Shown piece by piece: positions 34,708-45,174 of a stretch of DNA of 63,760 bases (position 1 is the stretch's first letter; each line of letters opens with the position of its first letter). The DNA lies in the IMG/VR virus record IMGVR_UViG_3300036791_001402, positions 1 to 63,760 of that record. The stretch is one strand, 5' to 3'. The stretch is from a virus. Taxonomy: Duplodnaviria > Caudoviricetes. A program made the position numbers and the translations under genes. The notes under the pieces were generated by a model, which saw only the letters and a list, made by a program, of their open reading frames with translations, searched no databases and had not been told where the DNA came from.

Positions 34708-36884
34708 AGCTATGGTCGCTTTTCCTGCTGGGATCGATCATGTGTGAGGCGCAGATAACACGGGCGCCCTATCAGGGAGTGTTTGCCACGAGCAACAGCG
34801 GTGCGCCTCCCAGCGGATACACCTATTACGTGAGTCAGGCGTCAGGTCTGGATACCAATCCAGGCACAGCAACCTTCCCGTGGGCGACCACAGCTCGAGC
34901 CGATATCGTTCCGTGGAGCACTGGCGTAAGCATTGGGGTGCAGGTAGGGGCATCGTGGAAACCCTATGGGCCTCGCGGCATCATTCTGGCTGGTGATTCG
35001 ATTACTGCGCGACAGGATGACGCCAGCAATTTCCAAAGCGAAGCCGGTTACTACACCTTCGGCAATTTGATGAGCTTTCAACGCTTCAATCAATTGCACA
35101 ACGCTGGTGTGACCGGTGATCGCACCGACAATCTACAGGCGCGGTTGAGTCTCGACGTGTTGGCTTACCCCGCCCAGTATGTGTCGCTGTTGATCGGCGT
35201 GAATGACTTGCTGCAAGGAATTCCGGCATCCACGATCATCACCAACTGGACGGCCATCGCTAACGCCATTACAGCTTCGGGCCGCACCCTCATTATCTCC
35301 AGCGTTCCTCCAGCCAGTGCCTACACCACGACCGCGAAGACCGACTATGGCACCGTGGACACGGCCATCAAGTCCTATGCTTCCGCTCATCCCGCCGTGA
35401 TCTTCGCTGACATGGGATCAGCCTATCGGACTTCGCTGGCCAACCCCATCCCGCTGGCAAGCTATACGACTGATGGGACGCATCCCAACGCGGCCGGCGC
35501 GGAATTGATGGGCCAGATCTGGGCGGCGGCGGTCAATGCAGCGGGATCCGCTGTTCCTCTGCCTTACACGTTCGGGTTGGCGGGAACCAACCTGCTCACC
35601 AATGGCGCGATGTCGGGCACGGGAGGATTCCCGGCCACTTCCGCCACCGGCTGGTCGGGTCAATCCAGTCTTGCCACCTACACCAAAGTGGCGCGCACGG
35701 ATGGGGTTCCGGGCGACTGGCAGCAGATCGCCTTTACCAGTGCCACCAGCAAAAACACCTTCTCGCAAAGCGTTACCGTTCCAGCGTCAACTTCGCTGGA
35801 GTTCGCGTGGGAAGTCCAGTCCGACAACAACTGGGGCACGGTTTCCTGGGAGCCTCGCATCCAGGCCATTGTCAACAGCGTCTTTTATCCATCGCATAGC
35901 AGTGGTGGCACAAGTTTGGACCTGAACTTCAACCCGTTGTCGGGCATCCATCGCGGCAAACCCTTCCCCGTTCCGGTCGGGATCACGACCGCCACTGCGC
36001 GCTGGGAAGGTCAGATGACCGCAGGGACGAATCGTCTGGGACGTGCGGAGATGTTTGCCGTGCAAGCTCCAGCCATGCCGCAGACGACCGGGCTGACTGC
36101 GACGGCAGGGGACACAACCAACGCTCTCTCCTGGACACCGGTTACCGGGGCAACGAACTATGCGGTGCGGCGGAGCACTGTGACAGGCGGTCCGTACACT
36201 CCGATCGCAACACCCACTACCGCAAGTTATACCGATACCGGGCTGACCGATGGGACGACTTACTACTACGTCATATCCGCGTGGGACATTCTAGGCGACG
36301 GGCTTCCCTCTGCGGAGGCCAGTGCCACGCCCATCAGCACAAGGAATTATCTGGTGGACGACAGCGAAAACATCGCCTTATGGGGAGGATCGACCAGCCA
36401 TCTGACGTTTGCTTCCGCGACGGTCCCGACTGGTGGAACTTATGGATACGCGACGAAGCTGCAGGAAGACAATGTCAATAACTACCACTACAAGCAGTCG
36501 GTCGCCATCTCCAGTCTTCCGGCGGGAAGTTATACCGTCTCCGCGATGGTTAAGGCGGCGGAACGCACGGTGGTAAGTCTGGCTGTCCATCCCAACTCCA
36601 ACTTCCCCGCTGCGGACTTCACGCTTACGGGTGCAGGATCGTTCGTCAATGGAACGGGTGGAAGTGCCTGCGCTGGTCCGTACATCACAGACCGCTCCGC
36701 CACTCTGGGTGCCGGATGGTATGAAATTGGCTGCACGGTCACCGTGACCTCGCTGATCAACTATGTGCAGTTCTTTACCCAACAGCAGACACAGTATCAA
36801 GGCGTGACCGGCTCTGGAATGATCGTCACGGGTGTGGCGGTGAACGCCGGGACTGTGCGGCAGACCTATCACAAGACTCCATGA
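34704..36884 (+). CDS. SGNH/GDSL esterase plus fibronectin-III virion-associated protein
   Basis: GDSIT, NAGVTG, IGVND, DGTHPN; FN3 (LSWTPV...YTDTGLTDGTTYYYVI). Confidence 0.85.
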   Translation: MKLWSLFLLGSIMCEAQITRAPYQGVFATSNSGAPPSGYTYYVSQASGLDTNPGTATFPWATTARADIVPWSTGVSIGVQVGASWKPYGPRGIILAGDSITARQDDASNFQSEAGYYTFGNLMSFQRFNQLHNAGVTGDRTDNLQARLSLDVLAYPAQYVSLLIGVNDLLQGIPASTIITNWTAIANAITASGRTLIISSVPPASAYTTTAKTDYGTVDTAIKSYASAHPAVIFADMGSAYRTSLANPIPLASYTTDGTHPNAAGAELMGQIWAAAVNAAGSAVPLPYTFGLAGTNLLTNGAMSGTGGFPATSATGWSGQSSLATYTKVARTDGVPGDWQQIAFTSATSKNTFSQSVTVPASTSLEFAWEVQSDNNWGTVSWEPRIQAIVNSVFYPSHSSGGTSLDLNFNPLSGIHRGKPFPVPVGITTATARWEGQMTAGTNRLGRAEMFAVQAPAMPQTTGLTATAGDTTNALSWTPVTGATNYAVRRSTVTGGPYTPIATPTTASYTDTGLTDGTTYYYVISAWDILGDGLPSAEASATPISTRNYLVDDSENIALWGGSTSHLTFASATVPTGGTYGYATKLQEDNVNNYHYKQSVAISSLPAGSYTVSAMVKAAERTVVSLAVHPNSNFPAADFTLTGAGSFVNGTGGSACAGPYITDRSATLGAGWYEIGCTVTVTSLINYVQFFTQQQTQYQGVTGSGMIVTGVAVNAGTVRQTYHKTP

Positions 36885-36894
36885 GGATTGAGAC

Positions 36895-37083
36895 ATGCCG
36901 CTAATCCCAGGAAAATCGGACAAGGTTGTCAGCGAGAACATCGGCGAACTCCACCAGGGCCAGACCTACGCAAGCACCCGGGAGAAGGAAGGGGCGAAGA
37001 TGGCGAACAAGCAGGCTATTGCCATTGCGCTCCGCAAGGCGGGAAAAGCGAAAGATCAGAAGAAGAGAAGCTTCAAGCGGTGA
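36895..37083 (+). CDS. Small basic protein (KQAIAIAL / DUF6496-like)
   Basis: MPL..GKS...SENI.E...KQAIAIALRKAGK. Confidence 0.7.
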   Translation: MPLIPGKSDKVVSENIGELHQGQTYASTREKEGAKMANKQAIAIALRKAGKAKDQKKRSFKR

Positions 37084-37086
37084 TGA

Positions 37087-38397
37087 ATGCCCTACGCATG
37101 GATCCAATTCGCGGCGGCAAAACAGGCGCTGTTGAACCGTCTAGCGAACTCGACGTTCTGGACCAACGCCGAGGCGGGACTCTACATCAATGAAGCTCTG
37201 CGGACCTGGAATTCGCTGACGGAAACATGGCAGATCGACTTTACCTTTGTTTCCACTTCAGCCCAAACCTGGTTTGATTTTTCCACCTCGTCGTTTGTTC
37301 TTCCCAACCCGCCGACTAATCCTCGTCAGCGGACTCTGAAGGATACTGATCTCTACACCATGATGGAATACCACCTCATGGAGCCGCCGACAGGCGGGAC
37401 ATGGACCGGCACTTCGCAGTTCTCGATTACCGATCTTCAGGATGCCTTGCAACGGCGCCGGGATGAAGTGATTCAACTCACCGGCTGCAATCTCGTGCAA
37501 CTGTCGATTCCGTCGAGCATGACCCAGACCCGGCTGACGATCCCAGACACTGTTCTTGAGCCGCGACGGTTGCGTTTTGTTCCTGACGCTTTCTTTGGTC
37601 TGCCGGTCACACTGTTGCGCGAGGATACACAGGCCTGGCAGGTATTCGAGCCACTGGTGCTGGGAGAGAGCGCCATCCCGACAGCATGGAGCGTGGCGAC
37701 CAGTCCGGCGCTGGCGATCGATGTGAATACGGCCCCCAATGTTCCCGGCACCTTCGACATGATCGCATTGCAGTCTGGAAGCCCATTTGCCGTCCCGGCA
37801 AGCACCCTTCTCGGCGTTCCTGACGACTTTGCGTGGGTAGTCAAGTTCGGAGCATTGGCGGACCTCCTCAGCCGGGATTCCGAGGCTACGGACAGGCAAC
37901 GGGCTGCTTACTGCGCCTCGCGATATACCGAGGGAATAAAGATCATGCAGAAGAGTAACTGGATGCTGCAGGGTGCGGTGGATGGTCGACTGGCTGAAAT
38001 CGTCGCACTCGATAGCCTGGACCGCTACGAGCCGGAATGGGAGCGGCAAGTGCTCTGGTCCACGCTGGTAGTGGCAGGGACGGATTTTATGGCCCCCTGC
38101 ACAGTGCTGGCCACTCATGGAATCACGGCAACCCTGATCGGGAATCAGCCGGTGCCGTCAGCGGATACCGAGTATCTTCAGATCCCCCGCGACGTCTACG
38201 ACGCTGTTCTTGGCTATGCGCTGCATCTCGCTGCATTCAAGCTGGGTGGCACGGAGTTCTCCGACACGGTGCCGCTGGCTAAAAACTTCTTCGACCTCGC
38301 GCAGAAGGAAAACAAGAGGCTGCAGAACATGGCGTTGTTTGCAGACGTGCTTGAGGAAGAGGGACGTCAGGAAAGCCTGGTTGTGGAGAGGTACTGA
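37087..38397 (+). CDS. Putative tail adaptor/tubular protein
   Basis: FWTNAE..YINEALR N-terminal motif; position before the nozzle-like gene. Confidence 0.55.
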   Translation: MPYAWIQFAAAKQALLNRLANSTFWTNAEAGLYINEALRTWNSLTETWQIDFTFVSTSAQTWFDFSTSSFVLPNPPTNPRQRTLKDTDLYTMMEYHLMEPPTGGTWTGTSQFSITDLQDALQRRRDEVIQLTGCNLVQLSIPSSMTQTRLTIPDTVLEPRRLRFVPDAFFGLPVTLLREDTQAWQVFEPLVLGESAIPTAWSVATSPALAIDVNTAPNVPGTFDMIALQSGSPFAVPASTLLGVPDDFAWVVKFGALADLLSRDSEATDRQRAAYCASRYTEGIKIMQKSNWMLQGAVDGRLAEIVALDSLDRYEPEWERQVLWSTLVVAGTDFMAPCTVLATHGITATLIGNQPVPSADTEYLQIPRDVYDAVLGYALHLAAFKLGGTEFSDTVPLAKNFFDLAQKENKRLQNMALFADVLEEEGRQESLVVERY

Positions 38398-41300
38398 TGG
38401 CGACGACGACCAAGGAATTTGTGCGTGACAAGGCGGGAGAGAAACTCGATTTTCATGGAATCGATACCGTGCATCCGCCCGATGCTCTGGTCCCCGGAAA
38501 GTTCCCCTACGCGAAGAATATCCGGCGCTATTTGAAGGGCGCAGTGATCGGGCGCATGCTTTTGACGGCTCCAGTTGAAACGCTTCCTGCGGCAGTTCAC
38601 TCCATCCGTCGCCTGAATGACCTGACTCCGGCTGGGCCGGTCGGCGGTTACCAACTCATCGAGGGAGCGGCAGACAAACTGTATGCGGGAGCCACGCAGG
38701 TAGCCACAGGGCTGAGTGGCAAGAGCCTGTCGCTGATTCCGTTCCGGCCCAATACCAGCGTTCAGCCATGGATGTATGTAGGCGATTCGGTCAAGATGCT
38801 GAAGGTGCGTTCCGACGGACTCTGCTACAAGATGGGCATCATGGAACCACAGACGGCGCCAGACATCACCACCAACAATTCAGTCACCTCAGAATCGGGG
38901 CTTTATTTTTCTGCACAATCCATTCCCTGGACAAACGCAGGCGGTGTTAATCCTGATCACAATTACGGTCATACCAACAAGAACGATGGAAGACCGCCGG
39001 TAATTATTGCCTGTTCCGTACCAGGAGCTTCGCTGGTCGTCACGGTGACCGGATCGGCGACCGTGAATGGAGCCACTCATGCTCCGGGGGATGCGGGATC
39101 TGTAACTAGCGCGTATCCGGGCCAATTCGTTCTCGGAGGGTCAGCCTCAATAATTGTGGCGGCATTTACGGATGGCGCTGGCAACGTGTTGCCGGCAGGC
39201 GGGAAATACCCCAGCGTAGTCTCGATTGGCGCATCGGCTACTTTGACCGTGCCTCCGGGAGCACTGCAATTGCAGGTTGGCATCAACAGTTCCGGCAACA
39301 CCTTCAATGCCAATGGGGGCAACTTTACGCTGGGTTGGACGATGACCGTGAGCGCGGTCGCGCCGGTCACCAGCTTGGTGGGGTCAGTGATGGCCTACTA
39401 CTGGGGAGATTCCCCACACAGCGGTCCGGTGGCGACCTATATCTGGGGCAATCCTAGTGATACAGGCGGGAGTTCCAGCTATTACCGCACCATCTCAGAC
39501 GCTGCGGGAAGCCTGGCAGGAACGTCCCTTCTGTTCGATACGCTGCCCGGGGGCGGAAGTCCCTCGGCGCCGTTTATGTGGTCAACAGTAAACGCCAGCG
39601 GGATAGAGTCAGGAACCATTCCGCTATTTTCGCCGGCACTGGAACCGGAGGGTTATCAGGACTTCAACTGCTGCATCGTCGGAAACCTGTTCATTCCTCA
39701 GGCGGGAACTTATCACTTTCAGATGACCTACAAAGATGCCGTGATGTGGGGTGTGGGCAACGGAGCTACCTGGTCGGGAATCCACACCATCACCGGATAC
39801 TACGGACAGACGATGACAGTTGTCAGTGAACTGCCTCTGGCTGGCAATGCTGTTGGGGGCACGGGAACGCGAGCGACCATGACCGTCGACATCACTTTTC
39901 CTGGGCCGGGAACCTATCCCATCGAGATTGATTACGACTACTGGTATCACTCCGACCGCACCTTGCAACTGATGATTTCGCCCACGCCCGGAGCGACTCC
40001 CGGCATCCCGCCGCCGCTGACTAAAAACGTACGCGAACAGGTGCAATATCGCTATGTGTATCGCAGCACCGCAACCGGTGCCCAGTCCAATCCCTCACCC
40101 GCATCGACAGCTCTGGAGCTGGCGGTTGTCGCCAACCAGGTCGTTTCTTATTTCTCTTCCGATCCTCAGGTAGATGTGGTGGATTATTACCGCATCGATT
40201 TGTTCACGGCGGACTATACCTATATCGGCACGGGACCAAACGACAATGCAGGGGCGGGTGGAACTAACACCCCCATTGTGGACGAGTTGCTGGATACGGA
40301 ATTGGGAAACAAGTTGCTCGAATACGATAATTTTGAGCCTTTCCCATCTATCGACCTACCCCGCAAAGGAACGGTGAGCATCAATTCCGGGTTCGTTAGT
40401 TGGAATAGCGGAGACGGGTTTAATACCCGCTGGTTGCCGGGGACAGTGATGCTGATCGGTTCGCCAAATTCTGTGCCTTACATACTCAGCACCAGACCCT
40501 TAAATGCAACTCAGTTGCTTTTGACCGGGGTGCCGGACGGAGATAATTTGCGTTACGAGATCGCTGAGCCGCTTCTGGCAGCCCAGCCGCTTCCGTATCT
40601 GTTTGGTCCCACCGACAACATCAACTTCATTTTTGGGGTGGGGGATCCACTGCGCCCGGGAACGCTTTACTGGTCGAAGGGCAGCAATCTTGATTCGGCC
40701 CCGGACACCAATCAGATGGACGTCACCCATCCCAGCGAACCTCTCCAGAACGGGTGCATGGCGGCTGGCCGCGGCGTGTTGTTTTCGACGGAGAGAGGCT
40801 GGGTGATCCTGCCCAACTTCTTTAATGCTCAAGCGACGGCGGAGGGAACGATTGGCAGTACCTGGACGCTTCAGGAGACGGGCATCACGCGAGGACTCTA
40901 TATGCCTCGCTGTCTGGCTATGGATGGGGGCGGCAACGTGTTCTTCCGGGCCAAGGATGGCATCGAGATATCGCCCGGAGGGATGGGATCGAAGTCTATT
41001 ACCGACGAGGACGTCTACAACCTCTTCTCGCACGAAGGATCGACTCCTGGACCGGTGATGCTGGCAGGTCATGTGATGTTTTATCCGCCCGACGATACCA
41101 AACCGGACGCGCAACGCTTGTCCTGCGCCCGAGGCTACCTGTACTACGACTATCAGGACATCAACGGAAACTCGAGTACTCTGGTTTTTGATATCGCTGC
41201 CATGGGATGGGTTGTGGATCAGTACCAATGGCCTGTGGCGGTCCATGCTCTCGAAGAGGGTCCGAATATCAATACAACTCTGGCTGGATGCACGGACGGC

Positions 41301-41429
41301 AGTGTTCGTCGCTTCGCTACAACTGGCGCGGAGACCACCAGCGGATGCACGCTTCTGATGCCTTGCGATAACGCCGGAGACGTTCGGGCACCTAAGAAGT
41401 GGGGCGATCTCTACGTGGAGGTTCAGTAA
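38397..41429 (+). CDS. Putative tail nozzle/stabilisation protein with PA14-like insert
   Basis: 1010 aa beta-rich; LYWSK motif; GNLFIPQAGTYHF...GTYPIEIDY PA14-like segment. Confidence 0.6.
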   Translation: MATTTKEFVRDKAGEKLDFHGIDTVHPPDALVPGKFPYAKNIRRYLKGAVIGRMLLTAPVETLPAAVHSIRRLNDLTPAGPVGGYQLIEGAADKLYAGATQVATGLSGKSLSLIPFRPNTSVQPWMYVGDSVKMLKVRSDGLCYKMGIMEPQTAPDITTNNSVTSESGLYFSAQSIPWTNAGGVNPDHNYGHTNKNDGRPPVIIACSVPGASLVVTVTGSATVNGATHAPGDAGSVTSAYPGQFVLGGSASIIVAAFTDGAGNVLPAGGKYPSVVSIGASATLTVPPGALQLQVGINSSGNTFNANGGNFTLGWTMTVSAVAPVTSLVGSVMAYYWGDSPHSGPVATYIWGNPSDTGGSSSYYRTISDAAGSLAGTSLLFDTLPGGGSPSAPFMWSTVNASGIESGTIPLFSPALEPEGYQDFNCCIVGNLFIPQAGTYHFQMTYKDAVMWGVGNGATWSGIHTITGYYGQTMTVVSELPLAGNAVGGTGTRATMTVDITFPGPGTYPIEIDYDYWYHSDRTLQLMISPTPGATPGIPPPLTKNVREQVQYRYVYRSTATGAQSNPSPASTALELAVVANQVVSYFSSDPQVDVVDYYRIDLFTADYTYIGTGPNDNAGAGGTNTPIVDELLDTELGNKLLEYDNFEPFPSIDLPRKGTVSINSGFVSWNSGDGFNTRWLPGTVMLIGSPNSVPYILSTRPLNATQLLLTGVPDGDNLRYEIAEPLLAAQPLPYLFGPTDNINFIFGVGDPLRPGTLYWSKGSNLDSAPDTNQMDVTHPSEPLQNGCMAAGRGVLFSTERGWVILPNFFNAQATAEGTIGSTWTLQETGITRGLYMPRCLAMDGGGNVFFRAKDGIEISPGGMGSKSITDEDVYNLFSHEGSTPGPVMLAGHVMFYPPDDTKPDAQRLSCARGYLYYDYQDINGNSSTLVFDIAAMGWVVDQYQWPVAVHALEEGPNINTTLAGCTDGSVRRFATTGAETTSGCTLLMPCDNAGDVRAPKKWGDLYVEVQ

Positions 41430-42316
41430 TGCCGATCGTCGGTCCCCTCGACATCAACGTCCTGACCGGGCTTTATAACAACAATGTCGCCGAAACCGAC
41501 ATGTCTACCACTGTTTCCACAACGGAAGGGCGAACTGCGATCGTGATCGATTTCAAGCAGGGCGCCGGGTTGATTTCCCGCGATCTGGAGACGACCTTCA
41601 CCTGGCCTCTGACAGCCGGGACCATCCTGTACATCTGGCAACCCTCAGTTTTTCCCTTGCCGGAAACGACGACTAACAGGGCATCGGACTGGACGGATGG
41701 CGGATCGCCGACGGAGAAGTTTATTCAGGGCTATTCGATCGAGGCGGATTCTTTCAATGTGCCGAAGACTCTGCAACTCCAGTCGGCGGACGATCTCAGC
41801 ATCCACACCTTCAACGAAACGCCGGTAGCCTTCAATGGCCAGAGCCGGAAGGTGTTCTCATGTTCGCCGCCCTTCATTGCTCATTCGGTGCGCCGGTTGA
41901 GCGACGACGGGGTGCCATGGCAAGTGTTCAGTGAAAACCTGATCTTCGAGCCTTTCCCTGAGGCGGCCATGGCGTGGCAGACGGAACTAAGTACGCTGGG
42001 GATGGTGGGCTGGGCGCATTTGAGGGAAATGAATCTGGCCCACATCTCGACAGCGGACCTGACGCTGATCCTGACGTTTGATTCCTGGCCCACGATCGTT
42101 CTGAGCATTCCGAACTCCGGTGGATCGCAGCAGAAGGTGAAGGTGATGCCGCCCATCAACAAGTGGAAGCTGATCGCCTTCGGGGCGACCTCGGCGCAAC
42201 CGTTCCGTATCTTTGTGGAAGACATCGAATGCAAGGTTGGATTCTGGGGCCGGACGGTGCAGTACGAAGTCCTGCATCCATTCGGCGGTCAATCGAGTGC
42301 CGGAGCGGTGGTGTAA
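41429..42316 (+). CDS. Virion structural protein
   Basis: TAATG-coupled; beta-rich. Confidence 0.6.
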   Translation: MPIVGPLDINVLTGLYNNNVAETDMSTTVSTTEGRTAIVIDFKQGAGLISRDLETTFTWPLTAGTILYIWQPSVFPLPETTTNRASDWTDGGSPTEKFIQGYSIEADSFNVPKTLQLQSADDLSIHTFNETPVAFNGQSRKVFSCSPPFIAHSVRRLSDDGVPWQVFSENLIFEPFPEAAMAWQTELSTLGMVGWAHLREMNLAHISTADLTLILTFDSWPTIVLSIPNSGGSQQKVKVMPPINKWKLIAFGATSAQPFRIFVEDIECKVGFWGRTVQYEVLHPFGGQSSAGAVV

Positions 42317-42838
42317 ATGCCTAGCCAGACGCCAGTCTCATTCCGGTTTCCCTTCGATCTTGATGGCAAGGTCGATCCCGAAGTGGTACAGGCGCACCGC
42401 TACGCCTTTCAGGGCATCCTGGACCTGAACAATGCGGTGACCTCGCTGAAGTCGCAAGTCGAAGGATTGAAGACCCCGACGACGGCACCGCAAAACAATC
42501 TGGCTGGCGTGCTGGCGGAGGTAGCCGGGACCAAAAGATTCGTGTCGGGTTTCGGGTATGTGAACAACCAGAGCGCCGCGCACGAATACATGACCACCGT
42601 GCGGGATCTGGGAAAGCTGATCGTGTTCAAACCCGCAGCGCCGATGGTCGTGACTCTCGATACGGGGATCAGTCCTCCCTGGTTTTCTCTGATCACCAAT
42701 CTAGGGACTGGCGATGTGATGCTGGTTCCACTCTCGGGAACGATTAACGGAAATCTATCGGCGATCATAAGCACCGGGGGATTTGCGCTGGTGTTCTTCG
42801 ATGGCGCCAACTTCTGGGGAGTGGGAACGCTGACTTAA
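42317..42838 (+). CDS. Putative tail needle/fibre-like protein
   Basis: Short coiled coil then a beta domain (DLGKLI...FDGANFW). Confidence 0.5.
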   Translation: MPSQTPVSFRFPFDLDGKVDPEVVQAHRYAFQGILDLNNAVTSLKSQVEGLKTPTTAPQNNLAGVLAEVAGTKRFVSGFGYVNNQSAAHEYMTTVRDLGKLIVFKPAAPMVVTLDTGISPPWFSLITNLGTGDVMLVPLSGTINGNLSAIISTGGFALVFFDGANFWGVGTLT

Positions 42839-42874
42839 TTTAGGGGTAGAATCGGGCGTAACCGGAGGTACTGA

Positions 42875-43468
42875 ATGTTCGGCATCGGAATGGGTCCAGA
42901 CAGCAACGAACAAAATGCCTTCGGGGCGCTCAAATCCGGGGCCGGATTCGCGACCGGCCTGGGCGAAAAGAATTTGACGACTGCGTCCAACTTCATGGGC
43001 GATATTGCCAGTGGCGATGCTTCGAGAATCACGCAGGCGTTGGCCCCGCAGATCAGCGCGGCCAAGCAATCGGCCCAGCAGAACACTGCGACGGCGGCCC
43101 AGTTCGGCACCCGCGGCGGGGGCACCGGAGCGTTCACGGCCAGCACTAATGACCGGATCCATGCGGGAATCACCAACCTGATCGGAAGCCTGACTGGTGG
43201 AGCGGTTTCAGGACTGGGAACCATGGGCGGAAATCTGATGGGTCAAGGCCTGACTGGAACGCAAGCCGAGTTCGGAGAAGCTAACACTCTGCACCAGCAG
43301 AGAATGGCTCAGATCAACGACATCTTCAGCAGTGCCGCAAAATTGGCTGGTCCGGTGGCGGGAGCTGTGGGAGCGGGATTCGATGCGTTGTCGCAAGTCC
43401 CGGGAGACTTCTTCGACAAGGCGGGTAACTTCATGGGACAGTTCAGCGGCAGTCCCGGGGCGAACTAA
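42875..43468 (+). CDS. Putative ejection (pilot) protein
   Basis: Gly/Ala/Gln-rich, amphipathic; GGAGG RBS. Confidence 0.55.
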   Translation: MFGIGMGPDSNEQNAFGALKSGAGFATGLGEKNLTTASNFMGDIASGDASRITQALAPQISAAKQSAQQNTATAAQFGTRGGGTGAFTASTNDRIHAGITNLIGSLTGGAVSGLGTMGGNLMGQGLTGTQAEFGEANTLHQQRMAQINDIFSSAAKLAGPVAGAVGAGFDALSQVPGDFFDKAGNFMGQFSGSPGAN

Positions 43469-43480
43469 GGAGTACCGGCT

Positions 43481-45172
43481 ATGAGTTCGTGGGGCCAAAA
43501 TTTGATGGAAGGATTTGCCGACGCTGCCGGTGCCAACGATGTTGTGCAGCGCATGGAAGATCAGAAAACCAGGGCGCGTTTCTGGTCGGACATGCAGCGC
43601 AACAATGAGTTGCAGCAGAACCAACAAGCCTCGCTCAATCTTACTGGCGCATTGCGAACCGGTCTTCACCCAGAGACTGGAGAACCGCTCACGCCTGAAG
43701 AAAAGCAACAGTTCACTCAACAACTAGGCTTGCTTGATGCCCGGAACAAGGATCTTTTTAATAACAGTATTCCGGTGAATGCGGTGGGGCCGAATGTTGG
43801 TGCCGCCCTGAAGACTATGCCGCCGGAGACACCCTCCACGACGGTTTCTACGGGTGGGATCACGACTCCCACGGGAACCGTTCCCGGGACGCCTACGACG
43901 GTGACTCGGCCGCCTGTGGTGAAAACTCAGGATCAGCAACTGGGGGATCTTCGCAGCATGGCGCGGACTCAGGCTACGCCTCTCCCTCCCAACGAGTTTG
44001 TAGACTTACGGCGAAAAATGATGCTGGCAGGTAAGTCTCCCCAGGAGATCAACGAAGCCGTTAACGATTTGATCACCAGAACGACGACCTATAGAGGCTT
44101 TGCTCAGATGAATAAGCCGGTTTCGCTCACCTTGGATGATGGAACAGTGGTGGCGGGATTTGCCGATGAGCGTAACGCGAGATATCTTGATGCAAACCAA
44201 AATGAATTTCCGCCCGGGGTTCATCCAATGCTCACCGGCACCACGACAAAGGCTACTGCGACTCCGCAGTCGTGGATTGACAAAGATGGCAACTCGTTTA
44301 CAGCGATCTACAATCCGACCACGAAGCAATTTGAAGATCTAGCCACTAATAAACCCATCCCGGCAGAGAAGTGGCAGGGAGCCAAAATGGACCTCACCCA
44401 GAAGATGCCGTTCAAAAAGGGTTGGGGCCGGGACGAAAATGGGAAGCTGTATTCCTATCGTCTCGATGCGAACAATCAGGAAGTAAAGGATTCGCGGAAT
44501 TTCAACGACCTTCCTCCGGGGTTTGCGGGTGCAGGTATGGTTACCACCACTCAGCATCTGACTTTCGATCAGGACAACAATCCGGTCTTCTACAACACCA
44601 CCAGCACTAGGACGCCCACAGGCAGAGGCGGGGGCGAGGGGCCGGCTCCCACGACGGCACCGGGAGCGGGGACTCCAACCGGAGGTGCTGCCGCTCCGTC
44701 TCTGCCCAGCGGGACTCTGCCGGTCGGATTTAAGAAAGCGAATCCGGTATACAACAAGGCTTTGAATGATTACAACGAAGCTTTTGCGACCGACAACTTT
44801 GCGCAAAGAGCGTTGGTCTCGCAAAATCCTGTGGAGCAACGCTCTCTGGCCATAACCCTGGCCCGGACAATGGGTAAACGTTTCAGTCTGGCAGAGCTGT
44901 CGCAGTTCACCACCAAGATGGGAGTGGAGAATAGCGTTGAAGGATTCATCAAGGGACTCGAGAGTGGACAGATGCCTACAGGGGTTCTTCAGTATCTCGT
45001 GCAAACGGCTCATGACTATATGCTCACGAAGAAAGCTGAACTAGATGTGGCTCGAGGATCTCCCGCACCGTCTGCTGTACCATCTCCAACTGGCGGCACA
45101 AACGCACCTCCGCCGCCGACCGGTGGTGCTATCGTCTATCCACCCGGCTACACGCCTAAGGCAAAGAAATAG
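43481..45172 (+). CDS. Putative ejection/internal virion protein
   Basis: AAGGAG RBS; position after the pilot-like gene. Confidence 0.55.
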   Translation: MSSWGQNLMEGFADAAGANDVVQRMEDQKTRARFWSDMQRNNELQQNQQASLNLTGALRTGLHPETGEPLTPEEKQQFTQQLGLLDARNKDLFNNSIPVNAVGPNVGAALKTMPPETPSTTVSTGGITTPTGTVPGTPTTVTRPPVVKTQDQQLGDLRSMARTQATPLPPNEFVDLRRKMMLAGKSPQEINEAVNDLITRTTTYRGFAQMNKPVSLTLDDGTVVAGFADERNARYLDANQNEFPPGVHPMLTGTTTKATATPQSWIDKDGNSFTAIYNPTTKQFEDLATNKPIPAEKWQGAKMDLTQKMPFKKGWGRDENGKLYSYRLDANNQEVKDSRNFNDLPPGFAGAGMVTTTQHLTFDQDNNPVFYNTTSTRTPTGRGGGEGPAPTTAPGAGTPTGGAAAPSLPSGTLPVGFKKANPVYNKALNDYNEAFATDNFAQRALVSQNPVEQRSLAITLARTMGKRFSLAELSQFTTKMGVENSVEGFIKGLESGQMPTGVLQYLVQTAHDYMLTKKAELDVARGSPAPSAVPSPTGGTNAPPPPTGGAIVYPPGYTPKAKK

Positions 45173-45174
45173 TC

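Noticed and set aside
31834-42838. Diversity-generating retroelement acting on tail genes
   Set aside because: No reverse transcriptase and no template/variable repeat pair noticed
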